From Candidatus Iainarchaeum sp. (lineage in GTDB: Archaea > Iainarchaeota > Iainarchaeia > Iainarchaeales > JAFCCJ01): a DNA stretch of 13,322 nucleotides. The DNA is taken from positions 1 through 13,322 of the forward strand of contig JBDRHK010000005.1 in the NCBI GenBank assembly GCA_043816965.1, in the 5' to 3' direction. The notes under the pieces were generated by a model. The model saw only the letters and a list, made by a program, of their open reading frames with translations. It was not told where the DNA came from and did not search any database. The position numbers and the translations under genes are program-made. Of the stretch, positions 8,274 to 13,322 are shown in pieces; within the stretch, counting starts at the first letter, position 1, and each line of letters begins with the position of its first letter.

Positions 8274-8318
8274 TCAATTACATTCCCATCGGAATAATTC
8301 GTTGGATTTAACCTTCAT
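8274..8318 (-). CDS. Possible 14-aa micro-ORF MKVKSNELFRWECN
   Basis: Strong SD GGAGGTGG (8330-8323) just upstream of ATG 8318; mirror image of the plus-strand SD-ATG at 8462-8480. Confidence 0.3.
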   Translation of the reverse strand: MKVKSNELFRWECN

Positions 8319-8482
8319 CCCACCACCTCCAATAGAGAATTTTTTCTAAGGACTCTGATTTTTCGGCTTAAACCTTTGCACGCCTAATCTCTAATTTTGG
8401 TGCAAAGGATTTAATGCCTCCAAAATCAGCAGAGACGTCCACGAAAAAATTCATTATTCTTGGAGGTGGTTTGATTGATGAA
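8314..8482. repeat. ~170-bp interrupted inverted repeat (back-to-back promoter/UTR/SD modules, or a long hairpin)
   Basis: Nested complementary blocks: TTCATC 8314/GATGAA 8477; ACCACCTCCAA 8322/TTGGAGGTGGT 8460; GAATTTTTT 8337/AAAAAATTC 8444; GGAC 8350/GTCC 8437; CTGATTTT 8355/AAAATCAG 8422; GGC-TTAAA 8365/TTTAA-T-GCC 8410; CCTTTGCAC 8373/GTGCAAAGG 8400; 18-nt central spacer. Confidence 0.9.
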
Positions 8483-8609
8483 TTTTCCAAATTTTCAACT
8501 TCCCACAATGGAAGAGATTAGAATGGCTGAAGAATCGGCCAGAACAAATCCGGAAAACCTAACAGACAGGGAACTCTGGATTCTGAAAGAGGTAGGAGGT
8601 GATTTCTGA
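8478..8609 (+). CDS. Small acidic hypothetical protein, 43 aa (MNFPNFQLPTMEEIRMAEESARTNPENLTDRELWILKEVGGDF)
   Basis: SD GGAGGTGG at 8462-8469, ATG 8478, purine-rich coding-like composition. Its TGA overlaps the next ATG (TGATG). Confidence 0.6.
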   Translation: MNFPNFQLPTMEEIRMAEESARTNPENLTDRELWILKEVGGDF

Positions 8610-8674
8610 TGCTTTACCGCATCGGAAACCTACTCCCGAAATGCAATATAAATAAATTTTTGGTGATTAGATAG
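8609..8674 (+). CDS. Possible 21-aa micro-ORF (MLYRIGNLLPKCNINKFLVIR) or truncated gene remnant
   Basis: Perfect SD GGAGGTGA at 8595-8602; TGATG coupling; TAG ends at the SD-like GGGGCGA of the endonuclease gene. Confidence 0.4.
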   Translation: MLYRIGNLLPKCNINKFLVIR

Positions 8675-8686
8675 GGGCGAATTTGC

Positions 8687-9775
8687 ATGAGTAAGAAAAT
8701 TGAGATTGATGAATCAGTTCTTGAAGATCTTTATTTGGAGGAAAAGAAATCCAGTTATGAGATTGCCAAGATTTTCAACTGTGACTCAACAGTTATTCAA
8801 AGAAGGCTGAAAGAACACAGAATCGAATTGAGACAACCAAAGAAGAGAATAGACATTCCAAAAGAAGTGTTAGAGAAACTTTATTGGACTGAAAATCTCT
8901 CAACTTACAAAATATCTAAAAAGTTAGGTATTGGCAGGACAACAATTTGGAGCAAATTAGATGAATTAAACATTGAGAGAAGGAAACTTAAGCGGGTTCC
9001 AATTTCAAAGGAAACATTGAATAATCTTTATTGGGATCGGCGATTGTGCGCTAGAGAAATTGGAGAAATCTACAACGTATCCCATTCAGTTATTTTAGAT
9101 AAGTTATACAAAAACGGCATAAGAACAAGGGATACTGGGGAAGCCGGAGAAATTTATCCAAAAACAGATTTCTCAGGCGATTTAGAAGAAAAAGCGCATA
9201 TGATTGGTTTCAGATTAGGTGATTTATATTGTATTCGAATGAGCCCAAGATTGGTTAGAGTTTCATCCAATACTACAAAAAAAGCACAGTTGAAATTGAT
9301 GAAGGATGTTTATGGGGGATATGGGCGACCTTGGATTAAAGAATATTCAGGCACGTTCAATTTTCACTGTCACCTAAATAACACCTTTTCCTTCTTAGTG
9401 CCTAAAAAGGACAGGATTGAAAGATGGATTCTTAAGAACAATAATTATTTTTGTGCCTTTTTTGCAGGCTATGTTGATGCTGAAGGAACAATTAAGATTT
9501 ATAACAAACGAGCCAGATTTAGAGTAGGCTCTTACGATAAAGGGCTTTTGAAAGATGCCTCTGGGAAATTGACAGAGTTTGGAATCAGGCACACTTACCG
9601 AATCGATTCCTTTAAGGGTAAGAATCAGAATAGTGATTTTTGGAGGATTGGAATATGTGAAAAGCAATCCCTATTAAAAGTTTTTAACCTAATAGGACCA
9701 TATATGAAACATGGGGATAGGCTGAAAGACCTTGAAAATGCCAAAGATAATGTTATTCAGAGATTAAAAAAATGA
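8687..9775 (+). CDS. Free-standing double-motif LAGLIDADG homing endonuclease with three N-terminal HTH-like repeats
   Basis: Three ~50-aa repeats (I..E.LE.LY..E..S.YEI.K.....T.I...L....I..R), then motif 1 AHMIGFRLGDL and motif 2 FFAGYVDAEGTI. No intein splice residues. Confidence 0.88.
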   Translation: MSKKIEIDESVLEDLYLEEKKSSYEIAKIFNCDSTVIQRRLKEHRIELRQPKKRIDIPKEVLEKLYWTENLSTYKISKKLGIGRTTIWSKLDELNIERRKLKRVPISKETLNNLYWDRRLCAREIGEIYNVSHSVILDKLYKNGIRTRDTGEAGEIYPKTDFSGDLEEKAHMIGFRLGDLYCIRMSPRLVRVSSNTTKKAQLKLMKDVYGGYGRPWIKEYSGTFNFHCHLNNTFSFLVPKKDRIERWILKNNNYFCAFFAGYVDAEGTIKIYNKRARFRVGSYDKGLLKDASGKLTEFGIRHTYRIDSFKGKNQNSDFWRIGICEKQSLLKVFNLIGPYMKHGDRLKDLENAKDNVIQRLKK

Positions 9776-9791
9776 AGGGGGTGAAGCGGCT

Positions 9792-11946
9792 ATGAAGTTT
9801 TATGTGACAACTGCAATAGATTATCCATCTTCTAAGCCCCATCTTCGGCCATGCCTATGAGAAAACGGTTAGCGATGTCCAGGCAAGATGGCACAAATTG
9901 AAGGGGGAAGAGGTATTTTTCCTTACAGGGACCGATGAGCATGGGATGAAAATCCAGCGTGCTGCTGAAAAGGAAGGGAAGAAGCCCAAGGAATTTGTGG
10001 ATGAAAAAACTGCACTCTTCAAGGAATTGTGCAAAAAATGGAACATTTCCTACGACCGCTTCATAAGAACAACAGATAAGCAACACGAGAAAGTCTGCCA
10101 GGAAATTTTCCAGAAAGTTCTCGATAAGGGAGATATCTATTTAGGAAATTATGAAGGGCTTTACTGCACTGATTGTGAAAGGTTTTATTTGGAGAAGGAT
10201 TTAATCGGTGGTTTGTGCCCAATTCATAAAAAACCTGCCGAGAATGTGAAGGAGCCGAGTTATTTTTTCAAGATGGGCAAATACCAGAAACAGTTGCTGG
10301 ATTATTTTGATAAGAATCCTGATTTCATTTCTCCAAGATCTAGGAGGCAGGAAATTATTAACAGGGTAAATGAAGGACTACTTGATTTAAGCGTAAGCAG
10401 GGCAACCTTCGACTGGGGAATCCCCTTATCCAACGATGGAAAACACGTAATTTACTGTTGGTTTGATGCCCTTCTCAATTATATTTCGGGAATTGATTAC
10501 GGTACAAAGAAGTTTGATAAATACTGGCCTGCCGATGTGCACAACATTGGCAAAGATATCCTCTGGTTTCACAGCGTTATTTTTCCTATAATGCTTTTCG
10601 CTGCCGGAATCGAGCCCCCGAAAAAAGTTTTTGTCCATGGTTTTATCAACACAGAAACCGGGGAGAAAATGTCAAAAAGTTTGGGAAATGTTATTGACCC
10701 AATTGCTTTGGCAAATGAGTTTGGCGTTGACCCTGTTCGTTATTTCCTCCTGCGTGAGATTCCTTTTGGCGAAGATGGCTTCTTTTCACTTAGCGGTCTT
10801 GCCACCAGAAACAACAACGAGCTCGCAAATGAGTTAGGCAATTTACTGAACAGGACAATTGTTCTGATTGAAAAAAACTACAAAGGAAAAATCCCGGCAG
10901 GAAAAACTGACTCAGAATTGCAGAAAAAACTGGATTTGAAAAAGATTGAAAAATTATTGGACAAGTTCGAACTGCACACCGCGCTCGGGGAAATTTTCGT
11001 ATTCATCTCAGCCTGCAACAAATACATCAATGATAAGGAGCCCTGGAAATTGAAGGGAAAGGAACTGGACAATGTCCTCTATGGCCTTGCAGATTCGCTC
11101 AGAATAATTTCCATCCTCATCTCCCCCTTTATCCCAAACAGTTCTGAGGAAATTAACAAACAATTGGGAGTAAATACAGGTTTACTGAAAGATTGTAAAT
11201 TCAATCTCCTTAAAGCAGGGACAAAAGTGAAAAAAGGGGAAGTTTTGTTTAAAAAAATTGAAATTAAGGAAGAAGTTGGGCCAAAAGCAAGGGAAATTTC
11301 GGTTACTGTTGACCCTGAAATGAAAAACCTGGATTTCAAATTGGTTGCGGCAGTTATTGAGGGGGTGAAGGTAAAGAAAAAGCACATGGGCCTTGAGAAA
11401 GCAAAAAAGGATGTTGTTGATAACACAGACATCCATAAGATTGAGAAGACAGATATTGTGAAAGGGTATTTGGAATTGTATGATGCAATTGGGGTGAAGA
11501 GAGAAGAGCATGCGGTAAAGAATCTGGTTGAGATTTCGAAAAAAGGCGGGAAACTTCCCACCATCAACACTGTTGTCGATTCCTATAATTTAGTTTCCCT
11601 TGACAAGCTGGTTATTGTCGGCGCGCACGATTTGGAAAAAATAAATGGAAATATCCGAATCAAGATTGCCAAGGGAGATGAACTCTACATCCCCCTCGGA
11701 AATGACAAACCAATGAAAATTCAAAAAGGGGAGTATGTTTTTGTTGATGATAAGGTTGTTTTATGCAGGCTGGATGTGAAACAGGGGGAGCATACAAAGG
11801 TCACCCCAACAACGAGGAATGTTTTCCTTTATGTGCAAGGAAATAAATACACCTCTCAAGAATATATTGAGAAAGCGATGAAAGAAGCCATTGATAACAT
11901 CACAAAATACTGCGGTGGAAAGGCAAAAAGCCTAAACGTCAAATAG
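9792..11946 (+). CDS. metG: Methionyl-tRNA synthetase (single-knuckle MetRS1 type) with C-terminal B3/B4 domain; needs a +1 frame change at 9843-9847
   Basis: SD GGGGTGA at about 9778-9784. ATG 9792 gives MKFYVTTAIDYPSSKPHL; the +1 frame from 9847 gives GHAYEKTVSDVQARWHKLKGEEVFFLTGTDEHG and joins the track ORF at 9898. Also CTDC...CPIH knuckle, YCWFDALLNY, IGKDI and KMSKS (10666-10680). 717 aa if joined. Confidence 0.95.
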
Positions 11947-12694
11947 AGTTCACAATTTTTTCGGTAACTTTTTTCGCGGCAACTAATCCTTTCCCATCCT
12001 CATCCTTTTCAGGATTAAATTCCACCAAATCTATGGCCCTGACTTTTCCTGACAAAAAAACAAGCCCAATCAGTTCCAGCAATTGGTCCACACTTAATCC
12101 GCCCCTTTCCAGATAACCTGTCGCGGGAAAAATTTTCGGGTCAAGAACATCCAAATCAATTGAAAGGTAAATGTGATTTTGTTCCTCAACAAAATTTTTC
12201 ATTTCAATTTTCGCCTTATCAAAATCATTATGGATTTTCCTGGAATTAATTGCCTTAATTCCCTTTTCCTCCAGAAATTCCTGTTCCTGTTCCCAGATTT
12301 TCCTTAATCCCACAAGCAGCAGTTTTTCCTTTTCAAGCAACCCGTCATCAATAAGCTCCCTGTTCATGTCCTCATGCGATACAGGCTTTATCCCCTTCAT
12401 TGCATCTGCATGGGCATCAAAAACAATCAGGGAAGAATTCTCAAAATTTTCTGAAAAAGCCCTGAACAGGGAATAGGTGATTGAATGGTCCCCGCCCATG
12501 AAAAATGGATTCTCCCTAATAACTTCCCTTGCTTTTGAATAAACATTCCCATCAGTTGCAACAATATCGCCTGCAACTACCTCTACTTCCTCCCCCTCAA
12601 CACCCAGCTCCCTGCACAAAACCTCAGGCGCCTTCTCACAGCCCAGATTTTTATCAAGCGAACCCTGCGAGGATGGGATTTTTATTATTTTCAT
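11939..12694 (-). CDS. speB: Arginase/agmatinase (ureohydrolase) family protein, probably agmatinase
   Basis: GGDHS, DAHAD, SIDLDVLDP, ATG...GGL and DLVEFNP metal-binding motifs. Lies directly downstream of aIF5A, a common archaeal pairing. Substrate cannot be proven from sequence. Confidence 0.8.
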   Translation of the reverse strand: MKIIKIPSSQGSLDKNLGCEKAPEVLCRELGVEGEEVEVVAGDIVATDGNVYSKAREVIRENPFFMGGDHSITYSLFRAFSENFENSSLIVFDAHADAMKGIKPVSHEDMNRELIDDGLLEKEKLLLVGLRKIWEQEQEFLEEKGIKAINSRKIHNDFDKAKIEMKNFVEEQNHIYLSIDLDVLDPKIFPATGYLERGGLSVDQLLELIGLVFLSGKVRAIDLVEFNPEKDEDGKGLVAAKKVTEKIVNSI

Positions 12695-12734
12695 AATAGG
12701 AAAGAATTCAATTCAATAGAAAAAGTTATTGCGA

Positions 12735-13130
12735 TTACTTCTTCCTCAAAATTTTAATATGGTCCCCGAACTGGATGTATTCCACTTCTGAGCCGGACTG
12801 CAAGCCAGTAACATCCTTTGGCTTCTGCACATCAAAAGTCACATAGGAACTCATATCCATTATCTGCATAGAGTCCCCCATTACGGCAACAACCTGGCCA
12901 TTTCCCCTGTTGATAATTGGAATCTCAATATCTGCGGAGGTTGGCTTTAACAAATTCCTCTTCTGACCTGAAAAAATACCAATTGCAACAATCCTCACCT
13001 TCGCAGAACCATGCTTCCCTGGCTTGCTTTTCTCGACCGTTTTCACCTGGCAGACATCGTCCTCAATAAGGACATAATTGCCCGGTTTCAACTGCCCTGC
13101 AGGCCCGAATTTCTTCTCAATTTCCGTCAT
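12735..13130 (-). CDS. eif5a: Translation factor aIF5A
   Basis: 131 aa with the hypusine loop SKPGKHGSAK. Confidence 0.97.
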   Translation of the reverse strand: MTEIEKKFGPAGQLKPGNYVLIEDDVCQVKTVEKSKPGKHGSAKVRIVAIGIFSGQKRNLLKPTSADIEIPIINRGNGQVVAVMGDSMQIMDMSSYVTFDVQKPKDVTGLQSGSEVEYIQFGDHIKILRKK

Positions 13131-13162
13131 TTCATTTCCCCAAGAAAAAAAGGTAAATAGTG

Positions 13163-13178
13163 TTTAAATAGCTTTTGC
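13163..13178 (-). promoter_or_regulatory. Putative BRE-TATA promoter of aIF5A
   Basis: Minus strand GCAAAAGC-TATTTAAA, 33-40 bp upstream of ATG 13130. Confidence 0.55.
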
Positions 13179-13184
13179 AGGAAC

Positions 13185-13322
13185 GTATCTGCTAACAACT
13201 TATGGCTGTTTTGAGGGTCTGGAATAGGGGTTTTTCTTGTTGTTTCCAGGTGGCAAGCATCGTGTTCACGATGCCCATTGTGTCCGCCCCATGCTCCGCC
13301 CGCAGCCCGCCTATTATTTTGC
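13185..13322 (-). mobile_element. Right end of an IS66-family (ISBst12-like) insertion sequence
   Basis: Contains the transposase-like C-terminus. The element appears to end ...GTTAGCAGATAC (GTATCTGCTAAC on plus from 13185), matching the GTA start of IS66 terminal repeats. GC rises abruptly here. Confidence 0.6.
13192..13322 (-). CDS. IS66-family transposase, C-terminal fragment
   Basis: Manual translation from 13320: KIIGGLRAEHGADTMGIVNTMLATWKQQEKPLFQTLKTAISC*, resembling the RKixGgxRsexGa...sllaTwkqqg tail of IS66 transposases. Not in the ORF track. Confidence 0.68.
   Translation of the reverse strand, partial: KIIGGLRAEHGADTMGIVNTMLATWKQQEKPLFQTLKTAISC

Noticed and set aside
8186..8514. 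Canonical ORB boxes (TTCC...GGAA motifs at 8283, 8500 and TGGAAA at 8192)
   Set aside because: Spacing and orientation do not match TTCCAGTGGAAAC and there is no G-string; kept only as weak support in the origin hypothesis.
9837..9840. CCC-C as the +1 slip site in metG
   Set aside because: Shifting there gives P-I-F-G-H and loses the first His of HIGH; only a shift at CTT-C yields HLGH.
8300..9850. Group I or bulge-helix-bulge intron hosting the LAGLIDADG ORF within metG or a tRNA
   Set aside because: metG has its own SD and complete N-terminus downstream of the nuclease, no upstream exon is visible, and the metG defect is a single extra base, too small for an intron.
9898..9900. TTG 9898 as the metG start (ORF track)
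   Set aside because: It would omit the first Rossmann strand and the HIGH motif, which are encoded from ATG 9792.
13257..13274. GCATCGTG-TT-CACGATGC inverted repeat
   Set aside because: Inside the transposase coding fragment, 2-nt loop, no T-tract; no function supportable.

Overview
Compact archaeal chromosomal segment, DPANN-like; the gene set is compatible with Iainarchaeota/Diapherotrites, which is an inference. Left to right: 5' end of a DUF424-like gene, aIF2-beta, a DedA/VTT membrane protein, a presenilin-type GxGD protease, two small membrane proteins, a tandem-domain Lrp/AsnC regulator, YggS, and MCM helicase with a 473-aa LAGLIDADG+HTH intein in Walker A. A 775-bp gap with no long ORF follows (7912-8686). 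It holds a GC-rich multi-hairpin element, AT-rich repeats, a ~170-bp interrupted palindrome with a promoter-like motif, SD and ATG on each arm, and three micro-ORFs. After the gap come a free-standing 3xHTH-repeat LAGLIDADG endonuclease and a bacterial-type MetRS. The MetRS HIGH motif is split by a +1 frameshift at CTT-CGG, and the protein ends in a B3/B4 editing-like domain. The window closes with an agmatinase/arginase-family gene, aIF5A and the right end of an IS66-like element. The most unusual part is 7935-11946.
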